Source: Thermomicrobiales bacterium
Lineage (GTDB): Bacteria > Chloroflexota > Chloroflexia > Thermomicrobiales > UBA6265
Direction: 5' to 3'
Length of the DNA: 64,000 nt
NCBI GenBank assembly: GCA_049646645.1
Contig: JBARWF010000154.1
Span: 11,653 to 75,652, forward strand
The notes under the pieces are model-generated. The model ran no database searches, was not told the origin of the DNA, and saw only the letters and a list, made by a program, of their open reading frames with translations. Positions 27,835 through 37,597 of this stretch are shown in pieces. Within the stretch, counting starts at the first letter, position 1. Each line of letters begins with the position of its first letter. The translations under genes were made by a program, and so were the position numbers.

Positions 27835-30057
27835 CTAATCGTCGCCGATCAACACGGGACGCCCCTTGGCACCGTCCGCCTGGCCGATGACGCCGTCGTC
27901 TTCCATCTGTTCGATCAACCGCGCCGCCCGGTTGTACCCGATCCGCAACCGGCGTTGGAGCATGGACGCGGACGCCGTGCCCTGCTGCTTCACGACCTCC
28001 AGCGCCTGCTCCATCAGCGGATCCTCCCCTTCTCCGTCGCCGTGCTCCTGGTTCGGATCGCTGCTCGGCAGGTCCAGCCATTCCTCCGCATACTGCGGAA
28101 TCGGGGAGACGGCGTGCCAATGGTCGACAATCGCCTTCACTTCCTCATCGATGAAAGCGCCCTGCACGCGCACAGGCTTCGCGGCATCCGGGGGCAGGTA
28201 CAGCATGTCACCCCGGCCCAGGAGCTTCTCCGCACCCGGCATATCGAGCACCACGCGGCTATCGATCATCGAGGAGACGGCGAACGCGATCCGCGCCGGC
28301 ACATTCGCCTTGATCAGGCCAGTCAGCACATTCACCGATGGGCGCTGGGTCGCGATGATGAGATGGATCCCGGTCGCCCGCGCCATCTGGGTCAGCCGCG
28401 CGAGCAGGGTCTCCACCTCGTCCGGCGTCGTCATCATCAGGTCGGCCAGCTCGTCGATGATGACGACCAGATACGGAAGCTTTTCAAGCTCCGGCTCGTC
28501 CTCGCACTTCAGCTTGTAGCCGTCGTAGTTCCGCACGCCCTGGCGCTTGAAGAGCGCGTAGCGGCGGTTCATCTCGCGGAGTACCATCCGCAGCGCGCCA
28601 ACGACCTTGTCCATCTCGGTCACGACCGGGCATTGGAGGTGAGGAACCCCGTTGAACCCGGTCAACTCGACCATCTTCGGGTCGATCATCAGCAGCCGAA
28701 GTTCGGTCGGCTGCTTGGTGAGCAGGAACGTGCTGATGATGCCGTTGAGACAGACACTCTTGCCGGCACCCGTCGCGCCGGCGATCAGCAGATGCGGCAT
28801 CTTCACGAGGTCGCCGACGACGTAGCGACCGTTGACGTCGCGGCCGAGCGGCATCGGCAGCTTCGCCTTCGATTTCGAGAACGCTCCCGATTCGAGCACC
28901 TCGCGCAGGCCCACCATCGCGATCTGCCCGTTGGGAATCTCGATGCCGACCCGCGCCATGCCCGGAATCGGCGCCTCCACGCGGATGCTCTGCGCCGCAA
29001 GGGAGAGCGCGAGGTCGTTCTGCAGCTCGGTGATCCGGCGCACCTTGATCCCGTTGCCCGGTTCGAGCGCGAACTGCGTCACCGCCGGCCCAGGGTTGAT
29101 CTCCCGCACCGTCGCTTCGACCTTGAAACTTGCAAGGGTCTCCTCGATCGTGCGCGCCTTTGCCTCCAGCGTGGCGGTGTCCGGCTCAACCGTCTCGTAG
29201 TAGGCCAGGTGGCGGATGTCCGGCAGCGGCATCGGCTCCCCGGCCGGTACGGGCGCGGCCAGCGCCTGCACCGGCTCGGCCTTGCCCTCGGTCTTCTTTG
29301 CCTCGCGCTTCGGCAGATTGATGACGCGTTCAACCGGCTTCCTTGGAGCCTTCGCCGGCTTCGCGGGCTCCTGCTTCTTTGCGACCGGCGCCGCGACAAC
29401 GGCGACGCTGGCTTCAACTTTTTTTCGCTTGGGCATCAATCTGCGGATATCCCGCTCAAGGGCGAGGAAATTCGTGTCGGAGAGCAGCAACACGCCGATC
29501 ACGCCCAGGGAGAAGAGCACAAGCCCGGAGGCGAGATTGCCGAGCATCCCTCGCGCGATATCGCCAATAAATTCGCCGGCCTCACCGCCGTGTGGTGTCG
29601 CGCCAAATGACAGCATCCCCAGCGCCGCAGCCGCGAAGAGAAGGCCGCCGGCGTAGTGGCGGAAGAGCAGGATGGGTGCGTCCTGATTAGAGAAGGCGCG
29701 CACCGCGGCCAGCGCGAAGAAGACCGGCACGAGAGGGGCGGCGACATCGAAGAGCTGACGCAGCACGGACGACCACCAGGCGATGATCGCGCCATCCTGA
29801 TTGCCGCGCCCGAGCGCCCACGAGCTGGAGAGGGCGGCGATGACGAGCGCGACGCCAAGCATCTCGCGCTTCAGGCGATCCGAAACCGAGATTGCCGGAA
29901 GCAGCCCGTGCGCGAACTCCACGAGGCGAACACGCCATGTCGCGAACCAGGAAGCCTGGCGCTTTGACGAGCGCTTGCGCTTGGTAGCGGTGGCCGAGGA
30001 ACCGCCACCCGTATTCGACCGGGCCCGAGTCTGGGTGGCCACGCCGCTTTTCTCCAC
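27835..30057 (-). CDS. ftsK: DNA translocase FtsK/SpoIIIE
   Basis: 740-aa ORF. N-terminal TM helices and a proline/alanine-rich linker, then the motor domain (PHLLIAGATGAGKSV, VVIIDELADLMM) and the C-terminal gamma wHTH (ASASMLQRRLRIGYNRAARLIEQME). Confidence 0.95.
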   Translation of the reverse strand: MEKSGVATQTRARSNTGGGSSATATKRKRSSKRQASWFATWRVRLVEFAHGLLPAISVSDRLKREMLGVALVIAALSSSWALGRGNQDGAIIAWWSSVLRQLFDVAAPLVPVFFALAAVRAFSNQDAPILLFRHYAGGLLFAAAALGMLSFGATPHGGEAGEFIGDIARGMLGNLASGLVLFSLGVIGVLLLSDTNFLALERDIRRLMPKRKKVEASVAVVAAPVAKKQEPAKPAKAPRKPVERVINLPKREAKKTEGKAEPVQALAAPVPAGEPMPLPDIRHLAYYETVEPDTATLEAKARTIEETLASFKVEATVREINPGPAVTQFALEPGNGIKVRRITELQNDLALSLAAQSIRVEAPIPGMARVGIEIPNGQIAMVGLREVLESGAFSKSKAKLPMPLGRDVNGRYVVGDLVKMPHLLIAGATGAGKSVCLNGIISTFLLTKQPTELRLLMIDPKMVELTGFNGVPHLQCPVVTEMDKVVGALRMVLREMNRRYALFKRQGVRNYDGYKLKCEDEPELEKLPYLVVIIDELADLMMTTPDEVETLLARLTQMARATGIHLIIATQRPSVNVLTGLIKANVPARIAFAVSSMIDSRVVLDMPGAEKLLGRGDMLYLPPDAAKPVRVQGAFIDEEVKAIVDHWHAVSPIPQYAEEWLDLPSSDPNQEHGDGEGEDPLMEQALEVVKQQGTASASMLQRRLRIGYNRAARLIEQMEDDGVIGQADGAKGRPVLIGDD

Positions 30058-30316
30058 AACCTGATCAAAGGTGACGCCGATGCACCCTGCCGCGCCGTGA
30101 CAACCGCTGTCTGCTGGTGCGGAACTAGTGTACGAACATAGTATACACCAGAAAGTGCGGCGTCATGACCACCAGTCAATTCGACGACAAGGGGCGGAGG
30201 AAACCGGCTGTGAGGCTGTAATTTTGGGGACCGAGTCACCAGCAATGCCGGGCGCGAGACCCGTGACAACACGTCACCGACGATACCCCCGACAATCGCC
30301 TACGGATGCGTGCTGA

Positions 30317-31987
30317 TCAGATCTCGAGCACCATAGGCAGGATCATCGGTCGACGTCGCGTGCGAGCGTAGAGCCACGACGCGGCCGTCTCCCGGATCTC
30401 GCGCCCGAGATAGCTCCAGTCACCCGAATCCAGGGAGCCGGCATGCGCTTCCAGCATGGATGCGATGTGATCGCACAGCTCCGGCGTGAGGTCGGTCCCA
30501 TTGCGGTGCATCGAGAATCCGCGCGTCACCACATCCGGACCAGTCATCACGAGCCCGGTCTCCCGGTCGACATTGACGACGATCATTACCATGCCGTCGT
30601 TCGCCAGCATCTTGCGATCCAGCAGGATCTCGTCGGTCACGGTCCCGACGGTCACGCCTTCGACGTAGACGTACCCGACATCGAGTTGCTCGCGGATGCG
30701 CACTCCAGCCTCATCGATCTCCAGCACATCGCCGATTTCCACCGTGTGGATTCGCTCCCGGGAGATTCCGGCCGCCACGGCAAGATCGGTGTAGAGCGCG
30801 AGATGCCGGTGCTCCCCGTGTGTGGGGATGATCTCCTCGGGTCGCGTCAGCTCGATCATGCGCACGAGCTCATCCTGACTCGCGTGACCCGAGACGTGGA
30901 CAAGCGCCCGCGCCGAGTAGATCACCTCCGCGCCCGACCGGAACAACTGGTTGATGATGCGAAAGACCGAGGTCTCGTTCCCGGGGATCGGAGTCGCGGA
31001 GACGATGACGGTGTCGCCCTCGCCCACCGTCACCTCGCGGTGATCGCGGTTCGCGATCCGGCTCAGGACGGCCATCGGCTCGCCTTGGCTGCCGGTCACG
31101 ATATACACGAGCCGCTTGTCATCCAGATCCTTGGCCGCGCGGGGCGTGATCAGCACGCCGTCCGGATCCCCGAGGTACCCGAGCTCAGTCGCCACCCGCA
31201 CGTTGTTCTCAAGGCTGCGACCCAGCGTCACCACGCGCCGGTCGTAGCGGGCAGCGGTATCGATAATCTGCTGAACCCTCGCGATAAGCGACGCAAAGGT
31301 GGCGATGATGATGCGGCCGGGAGCCGCCGCGAAGACCTGGTCGTAGGTCTCGCCGACGACACGCTCGGATGGCGTCGTACCGGTGGCCTCGACGTGCACG
31401 CAATCGGAGATGAGCAGCTTGACACCGCGATCCCCGAATTGACGCAGCAGCTCGAAATCAGTCTGCTTGCCGTCCACCGGAGTCGGGTCGAACTTGAAGT
31501 CGCTTGTATGCACGATCAGCCCGGCCGGGGTCGTGATTCCGAAGCCGACCGAATCCGGGATGCTGTGGCAGACGCGGAACGGCTCGACCGTGAAGTCTCC
31601 GACCTCGATCCTCGGCCGGTCGTCAGGCTCAAAAACCCGAATCTCGGCCTGGTCGAGGAGTTTGGCCTCCTTGAGCTTGACCTCGATCAGCCCCGCCGTG
31701 AGCCGTGTCGCATAGATCGGCGCACGAAGATCAGGCCAGAGGTAGGCCAGGCCGCCGATGTGATCCTCGTGGCCATGGGTGATGAAGATCGCGCGGATCT
31801 TCGACCGGCGCTCGCGGAGGTAGCTGACATCTGGCAGGACCAGGTCGATCCCGAGCTGGTCCTCCTCCGGAAACCCAAGGCCACAATCGACAACGATGAT
31901 GTCGCGCTCGGTCTCGAGGAGAGAGAGATTCTTGCCCACCTCCGCGATGCCGCCGAGAAAGATGAGTCGTACCGCTGCTTCACTCAC
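30317..31987 (-). CDS. rnj: Ribonuclease J
   Basis: 556-aa ORF with the metallo-beta-lactamase HGHEDHIGG motif, a beta-CASP region and an RNase J C-terminal domain. Confidence 0.92.
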   Translation of the reverse strand: MSEAAVRLIFLGGIAEVGKNLSLLETERDIIVVDCGLGFPEEDQLGIDLVLPDVSYLRERRSKIRAIFITHGHEDHIGGLAYLWPDLRAPIYATRLTAGLIEVKLKEAKLLDQAEIRVFEPDDRPRIEVGDFTVEPFRVCHSIPDSVGFGITTPAGLIVHTSDFKFDPTPVDGKQTDFELLRQFGDRGVKLLISDCVHVEATGTTPSERVVGETYDQVFAAAPGRIIIATFASLIARVQQIIDTAARYDRRVVTLGRSLENNVRVATELGYLGDPDGVLITPRAAKDLDDKRLVYIVTGSQGEPMAVLSRIANRDHREVTVGEGDTVIVSATPIPGNETSVFRIINQLFRSGAEVIYSARALVHVSGHASQDELVRMIELTRPEEIIPTHGEHRHLALYTDLAVAAGISRERIHTVEIGDVLEIDEAGVRIREQLDVGYVYVEGVTVGTVTDEILLDRKMLANDGMVMIVVNVDRETGLVMTGPDVVTRGFSMHRNGTDLTPELCDHIASMLEAHAGSLDSGDWSYLGREIRETAASWLYARTRRRPMILPMVLEI

Positions 31988-32028
31988 TGGTCTGGTCGGC
32001 CTTTCGTGGCGATCGGGTTGAGGTGTCG

Positions 32029-32664
32029 TCAGAAGAGCGAGATCTGCTCGGCTGGCTTGTCACGCTCGGATTCGGCTTCCCGCTCGCGCTCCTGTTCGGC
32101 CAGGTACTTGGGCAAGCGCGCGAAATCCTCCTCGATGTCGCCGCGCAACGACCCCTGATGCAACGCCGCCGCCGGATGATACATGGGGACGACCAGCCGC
32201 TTGCCGAACCGCTTGGCCTGCCCGTGAATCCGCGAGATGCGCTCACCGGGGAAGTACTTGGCCATCGAGAAGCGCCCGAGGGTCACGATCACATCGGGGT
32301 CGATCGCCGCGATCTGCCGCTCCAGGTAGATCGAGCAGGCGTGGATCTCGTCGGGAAGGGGATCGCGGTTGCTGGGAGGGCGGCACTTGACGACGTTCGT
32401 GATAAAGACATCCTCGCGCTTCAGGCCGGCCTTGCCGATCAGTTCGGTGAGGAACTTGCCAGAGTTACCAACGAAGGGGCGCCCTTCCTGATCCTCGTGC
32501 CAGCCCGGCCCCTCGCCGATCAGCATCACGCGCGCCTTTGCCGGGCCCTCGCCCGGCACGGCATGCGTCCGTGAGCGCGAGAGCTCGCACAGCGTGCAGC
32601 CCACGACCTCGTCCGTGACCTGCGCGAGCTTTGCCGCGGCATCCGTTGCTTCGTTCTCCGACAC
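32029..32664 (-). CDS. Uracil-DNA glycosylase, family 4
   Basis: CTLCEL...VPGEGPAKARVMLIGEGPGWHEDQEGRPFVG and the later HPAAAL motif are typical of Fe-S family-4 UDGs. Confidence 0.88.
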   Translation of the reverse strand: MSENEATDAAAKLAQVTDEVVGCTLCELSRSRTHAVPGEGPAKARVMLIGEGPGWHEDQEGRPFVGNSGKFLTELIGKAGLKREDVFITNVVKCRPPSNRDPLPDEIHACSIYLERQIAAIDPDVIVTLGRFSMAKYFPGERISRIHGQAKRFGKRLVVPMYHPAAALHQGSLRGDIEEDFARLPKYLAEQEREREAESERDKPAEQISLF

Positions 32665-32816
32665 CTTGCAACCCCTTATCGGTCATCTCATCGTCAATCA
32701 CAGGGATGAGTATAGCGACTCGCAGCAAGATCATGACCTCACGCCAGCGTCCGGCGCACGTACGCTGGTGCGATCTCACAAGCAATGGGCGTGCCTTCAA
32801 CCGGCGGGGCGGACGC

Positions 32817-32850
32817 GACACGACCCGGGAGCGTGGTCCCGGGTCGTGTC
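32817..32850 (-). terminator. Terminator-like hairpin after the deacetylase gene
   Basis: Perfect 14-bp stem (gacacgacccggga / tcccgggtcgtgtc) with a 6-nt loop, 26 nt downstream of the stop at 32876. There is no U tract. Confidence 0.45.
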
Positions 32851-32875
32851 ACCTAATCGTTCGCGGAAGATGCTG

Positions 32876-35662
32876 CTAGCCGCCGTATGGCACGGCGAGC
32901 GCCTGAACGTCACCGTCTTCCGACACGAACGAGATGAGGATCTGGCCGCTCGTGCCATCACCGACGCGCGGCACGCTCACCGAATTGTCGGTTCCCGGTG
33001 TCACGTCCAGCGTCGTCGCCTGACTCGCGTCGAAGGTCCCATCCTGCCAGTCGAAGAGGGTGACGGTCCCTGCCGAACCGGCGGCGATGCTGAGCGTGAC
33101 GGTATCCCCGTCGACCGTGGGAGCGCCATTCAGGCTGATCCCCTGGCCGTCCGGCACCGACGCCTGCCCGGCGAGGCCGACCCCATCCTCAGCGGACTGC
33201 AGGATCGACTGCGGGGAGTCCGCGCTGTGGGCGGCCTCGAGCGGCATCTTCGGCGCGGCGGGCACCGTGCGCGCATCAGCAGGCGGTGTATAGTCTGCGA
33301 AGATCGTCTTGCCCCATCGATACGGATCGCCCTGGACACCTCCCCACGTCGACCAGCCGAGACGTGTCTGCCCGGTCAGGTCTTGCGTGTCGGAGTCGTA
33401 GATGAAGATGTTCATCGTTGCGTTATCGGGATCGATGTCGGCCGGAAGATCCGCGAACGGGATGAAGGTCTCGATCACGTAGCCGGTGTAGGGCTCGCTC
33501 ACCTTGCTCGCGACCCTGAAGCCGGGCGCGGTCTCGCTCACCGGACCCTGCCAGGCATCGGCGTCGCGCGAGGCGGCCGGCCCGTCGTCGCTGGTGATCG
33601 GGAAGATGCCAACCTTGAAGGTGGAGGAGGTATTCTCCGCCGTTCCTCGCGGATCGATCGCGATCTCCACGGAGTCGGTCCGCCAGTGGCGCTTGGCGTC
33701 GTCCTGCGATACCTCCGCGCCGAGCGTGTCGTCCGTCACCTGGACAGCCACGTAGATACCATCGTCACCCCAGACGATATGAGCGGTACCACCACCGTCA
33801 GCCGGGGAATCGAGGTCATCACCCTCCCAGATCCGGCTGAGGTCGAGCGTCTGCCCCGGATACTCACCGTCCGTGATCACGCCATCGAGTTCGGGTGTTG
33901 CGCTCACCTCTTCGACGGTCGTGACGGGCACGATTTCGAGCGCTGCCGTCTCCGTCGAGGTGACGCCGCCGGTCTCCGTCGTGATCGTGAAGTCATAGTC
34001 CCCGTTGTCGCCGCCCTCGTTCGACGTCGGCAGCGAGGTGTCGGAGTTGGTCACGGTAAAGGTGACGACGCCGTTCTCACCCGCGAAGATCTCGGGATAC
34101 GGCTTGGTGGTCTCATCGGCGGTGAAGCCCGCCGGCAGATCGAGCGAGACGATCCCGGTCTGGGTACTGTCCGTGTTGTTGGTCAGGTTGACGGTGATCT
34201 CGCGGGACTGGCCGCTACCGAGCGACGCGACCGGCTTGATCAGGTTGCTGAGCTGCGGCACGCCCACCTCGGCCGCCCACTGCTGGAACTGCGCGACCTG
34301 GGGCAGCGGCGCGAGCTCGCCGCGAACAGGCGGCACGACCTGCACCACCGTGACGGCGTTACCACGGCCATCGGCAGTGATGAGCGTGCCGGTCAGGCGG
34401 TACCGGGTATTGGTGGTCGCGTCGTCAGGTACGTGCACGGTGATCGTGCTCGTGAAGCCGCCGTTGCCATCATCGGTGAAGGGCGGAGCCGGATCTTCCA
34501 CCGTCCAGCCGTCCGGCACTTCCAGCTCGACCCGTGGGGAACTCTCATCGGTGCCGCTGACGTGAGCCGTCACCTGCACGTCGCCACCGGCGGCGACATC
34601 GAATATATTCGTGCTGAGCGAGAACTGCGTTCCCAGCGGCAATCCGTTGGCCCCAGGAACCACCGCCCCCTCCAGCATCGCGGTCGGGTCGGTGTTGTCG
34701 AGCGTGAACGGGACGCGCGAATCAATCAGCGTGAAGAAATCACAACCGGTCTCGGCCGGGTCCGACGACGCATCGGGGAAGGCGGCCCATCCCTGCGAGG
34801 CGTACATCTGCTGGGCCGACCGCTCGACCTGCGACCAGAGCAGGCCGCCGTTGGCTTCCGACACCCGGCCGGCCCACACGCCAACGATCACATCGGTCGG
34901 CTCTGCCGGCTGGTAGGTCGAGGCGCAGGACTCGCCCATCTGCCCCTCACCAGCCGCGCCCGAACGAAAGATCTTGCTCACCGTCCAGGGCTGCAGGCCC
35001 TCCTTTGTGATCTGGTCGGGGAACATCGCGGGATCGGCGGCAGCGACATACCCCGCCACGGCAAGCCGCCCAGCCATCTGGTGATTGCCGTGATTGCCGG
35101 GCGTTGGCGCCGAGTTCATCGTGACGATGACGTCCGGCTTCGTCTCGCGAATCACGCGAACGACGCGCTCCAGCGTGTCATCGTATCCCCACGTCTCCTG
35201 GGTCAACGGCGCACTGACGGTATAGTAAAAGTCGACCTTGTCGAGGTTGTAGATGTGCTCAATCCCGGCCTTGCCGACCGCGCTGCGCTCCTCGGCCTCA
35301 CGGATGATGCCCAGCGCGGGCCCCTCCTCCTTCCCGACGGCGTTACCGCCACCCTCGCCGCGCGTGATGGTGATGACCCCAACCTTCACGTCGTTGTATT
35401 CGTTCCATTGCCCGTAGGTGGAAAGGCCACCGGATTCGTCGTCCGGATGCGCCCCGATGAAGAGCACGTCGAGGTCAACGGCCCCCGGAACACCGGTGTC
35501 AGCCACCGGCGAGGCGACGGGACTTGCCACCGGTGAGGCAATGGGGCTCGCCTCTGGCGTGGCATCCACCTGCGACAGTGCACCGCTGGCGAACAATGGA
35601 CTGCCGAACATGGCGACGAGTGCGACAAGTGACAGAAGTCGCTGCAGGCGCTTCGACATCAT
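32876..35662 (-). CDS. Secreted multidomain PIG-L/LmbE-family de-N-acetylase with a C-terminal CBM9-like carbohydrate-binding module
   Basis: Signal peptide MMSKRLQRLLSLVALVAMFG, then an ASPIASPVASPVASPVA linker. PIG-L motif LFIGAHPDDES...ITRGEGGG...HGNHQ, an Ig-like middle region, and a CBM9-like end (ELDGVITDGEY...WRTDSVEIAIDP). Confidence 0.75.
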   Translation of the reverse strand: MMSKRLQRLLSLVALVAMFGSPLFASGALSQVDATPEASPIASPVASPVASPVADTGVPGAVDLDVLFIGAHPDDESGGLSTYGQWNEYNDVKVGVITITRGEGGGNAVGKEEGPALGIIREAEERSAVGKAGIEHIYNLDKVDFYYTVSAPLTQETWGYDDTLERVVRVIRETKPDVIVTMNSAPTPGNHGNHQMAGRLAVAGYVAAADPAMFPDQITKEGLQPWTVSKIFRSGAAGEGQMGESCASTYQPAEPTDVIVGVWAGRVSEANGGLLWSQVERSAQQMYASQGWAAFPDASSDPAETGCDFFTLIDSRVPFTLDNTDPTAMLEGAVVPGANGLPLGTQFSLSTNIFDVAAGGDVQVTAHVSGTDESSPRVELEVPDGWTVEDPAPPFTDDGNGGFTSTITVHVPDDATTNTRYRLTGTLITADGRGNAVTVVQVVPPVRGELAPLPQVAQFQQWAAEVGVPQLSNLIKPVASLGSGQSREITVNLTNNTDSTQTGIVSLDLPAGFTADETTKPYPEIFAGENGVVTFTVTNSDTSLPTSNEGGDNGDYDFTITTETGGVTSTETAALEIVPVTTVEEVSATPELDGVITDGEYPGQTLDLSRIWEGDDLDSPADGGGTAHIVWGDDGIYVAVQVTDDTLGAEVSQDDAKRHWRTDSVEIAIDPRGTAENTSSTFKVGIFPITSDDGPAASRDADAWQGPVSETAPGFRVASKVSEPYTGYVIETFIPFADLPADIDPDNATMNIFIYDSDTQDLTGQTRLGWSTWGGVQGDPYRWGKTIFADYTPPADARTVPAAPKMPLEAAHSADSPQSILQSAEDGVGLAGQASVPDGQGISLNGAPTVDGDTVTLSIAAGSAGTVTLFDWQDGTFDASQATTLDVTPGTDNSVSVPRVGDGTSGQILISFVSEDGDVQALAVPYGG

Positions 35663-35835
35663 GGGCTCCTCCGAACCGCGTAATCCCGACGTGATCATTT
35701 CTTTGACCCACTCACCTAATCACAGATGGGGAAGAACCGCAATTCGTCGGCCAGCGCAATGAATGACTGCTCGCGGCGCACGGTGCGCTTGCCATCTTGT
35801 GCCGTTCCCTACATGGTCGGATGGGACACGTAGGC

Positions 35836-36651
35836 CTACCCCTTGACCGCGCCCTGGGTGACCCCCTCGACGAGCTGCTTCTGGAAGACGATGAAGATCA
35901 CCGTCAGTGGGAGGAAGATAATCGTCGCCCCGGCTGCCAGCACCGGCACATTCGAGGTGTAGCGCTGCTGGAAGTAGAGCAACCCCACCGGCAACGTCTG
36001 GTAACGCTCATCGATATTGACCACGAGCGGCAGCAGGAACTCGTTCCACGTCCAGATGAAGAACATCAGGCCAGCGGTGCTGACGAGCGGCCGGGCAAGC
36101 GGGAACATCACATCCCAGAGCGTGTTCCAGGAACTCGCCCCATCGACAATCGTCGCCTCCGCGATCTCGTGGGGAATGGCAACGAACGCTTGCCGCATGA
36201 GCAGCGTCCCGAACGAGAGGCTGAGGGCGATCTGCGGCAGGATCAGCGCCCAGAGGCTATCCAGCAGGCCCAGCTCCCGCATCAGGTAGAAGAGCGGAAT
36301 CACGACCGCCTGCAGCGGCACGACCATCCCGAGCAGGAAGAACGCGAAGAGGGCGCGGGAGCCGCGAAACCGAAAGCGGGCGAAGGCATACCCGGTGAGC
36401 GTCGACAGGAAGAGCGACGGGATCACCACCCCGACCACCACGATCACGCTGTTGAGGAAGAAGCGTCCGAACCGCCCCTGCACCCACGCCTGTTCGTAGT
36501 TCTGCCATTTCGGCGTCTCGGGCAACCCGAAGATGCCCTGCACGATCTCCGGCATCGTCTTCAGCGAAGACAGCGTAGTCACGACGAAGGGCGCGACCGC
36601 GATGACGACCCCGATAAGAAGGAGCAGGTAGATGGGCAATCGCTTAATCAT
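35836..36651 (-). CDS. Carbohydrate ABC transporter permease (MalG/CUT1 type)
   Basis: 271-aa ORF with six TM segments and the EAA loop (EIAEATIVDGASSWNTLWDVMFPLARP). Confidence 0.9.
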   Translation of the reverse strand: MIKRLPIYLLLLIGVVIAVAPFVVTTLSSLKTMPEIVQGIFGLPETPKWQNYEQAWVQGRFGRFFLNSVIVVVGVVIPSLFLSTLTGYAFARFRFRGSRALFAFFLLGMVVPLQAVVIPLFYLMRELGLLDSLWALILPQIALSLSFGTLLMRQAFVAIPHEIAEATIVDGASSWNTLWDVMFPLARPLVSTAGLMFFIWTWNEFLLPLVVNIDERYQTLPVGLLYFQQRYTSNVPVLAAGATIIFLPLTVIFIVFQKQLVEGVTQGAVKG

Positions 36652-37597
36652 CCGCTTCTCCGAACAGGCGCAGCACGAACATCGAGAGAATCAGCGTCAC
36701 AACGGCCAGGATCACCGCGATCGCGGTGCTGTACCCGATCCGACGCGCATCGAAGGCGTTGATCATGTAGAGCGCGAGCACACGCGTCGTGCCGCCGGGT
36801 CCGCCATCGGTTGTCGCGCGGACGACATCGAACGAGCGGAGGGCGTTGATGAGGTTGAACGAGAGCACGACGGCGATCTCGCGCTTGAGCCCCGGCAGGG
36901 TCACCGACCAGAACTCGTTCCAGGCGCTGGCACCATCGAGCCGGGCCGCCTCGTAGAGGTCACGTGGGATCTTCTGCATCCCCGCCACGAACACCACGTA
37001 GCAGAACCCGTAGGCCGCCCAGGCGCCGATCATGCCGACGGTCGGCAGTGCCCATGTGAAATCACCCAGCCACGTCGGCGGCCGATAGCCGAACTGTTTG
37101 AGGATCTTGTTGACCGGGCCGAAAACGGGATTGAGCAGCCAGGTCCAGACCACACCGATCAGCACGCCCGGCATGATGTAGGGCAGGAAGAGCCCCGCCT
37201 GGAAGAACGCCGCTCCACGCAACTTCAACTGATGCACGAGCGCGGCCGGAATCAGCCCGATCACCATCGGAATGATGACGAAGAAGGGGATGAGCAGAAT
37301 GTTGTGCCAGAAGGAGCTCCAGAATGTCGAATCCTGCGCCGCCTCGACGTAGTTGGCGAGCCCGATGAATTCGATGCCGTCCCAGGAGATGCCGTCCCAC
37401 TTGGTGAGGCTGAGCAGCACCGTCCCCGCGACCGGCACCGCCAGGAAGAGCGTGAAGATGATCAGCGCTGGCAACAGGTAGAGCCACGGCTCGAGCGCGG
37501 TGTTCACGATCCGGAAGCGCCGCGCACGGACCGAGCCGGTCGTGATGACCGGCTCGGTGATGCGATTCGTGGACTCGTTACTTGAAGGAGGCTGCAT
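36644..37597 (-). CDS. Carbohydrate ABC transporter permease (MalF/UgpA type)
   Basis: 317-aa ORF with the EAA loop (LYEAARLDGASAWNEFWSVTLPGLK). It overlaps the neighbouring genes at both ends. Confidence 0.9.
   Translation of the reverse strand: MQPPSSNESTNRITEPVITTGSVRARRFRIVNTALEPWLYLLPALIIFTLFLAVPVAGTVLLSLTKWDGISWDGIEFIGLANYVEAAQDSTFWSSFWHNILLIPFFVIIPMVIGLIPAALVHQLKLRGAAFFQAGLFLPYIMPGVLIGVVWTWLLNPVFGPVNKILKQFGYRPPTWLGDFTWALPTVGMIGAWAAYGFCYVVFVAGMQKIPRDLYEAARLDGASAWNEFWSVTLPGLKREIAVVLSFNLINALRSFDVVRATTDGGPGGTTRVLALYMINAFDARRIGYSTAIAVILAVVTLILSMFVLRLFGEADD

Noticed and set aside
27703-29610. 635-aa plus-strand ORF
   Set aside because: Antisense to ftsK, whose motor and gamma domains are unmistakable. 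The composition is Arg/His/Leu/Asp-rich and non-protein-like.
32594-35536. 980-aa plus-strand ORF, the longest in the track
   Set aside because: It lies entirely antisense to the well-supported PIG-L/CBM9 gene. Its product is R/G/D/H/L-rich and low-complexity with no motif. This is the usual shadow ORF of a high-GC genome, where stop codons are rare on the opposite strand.
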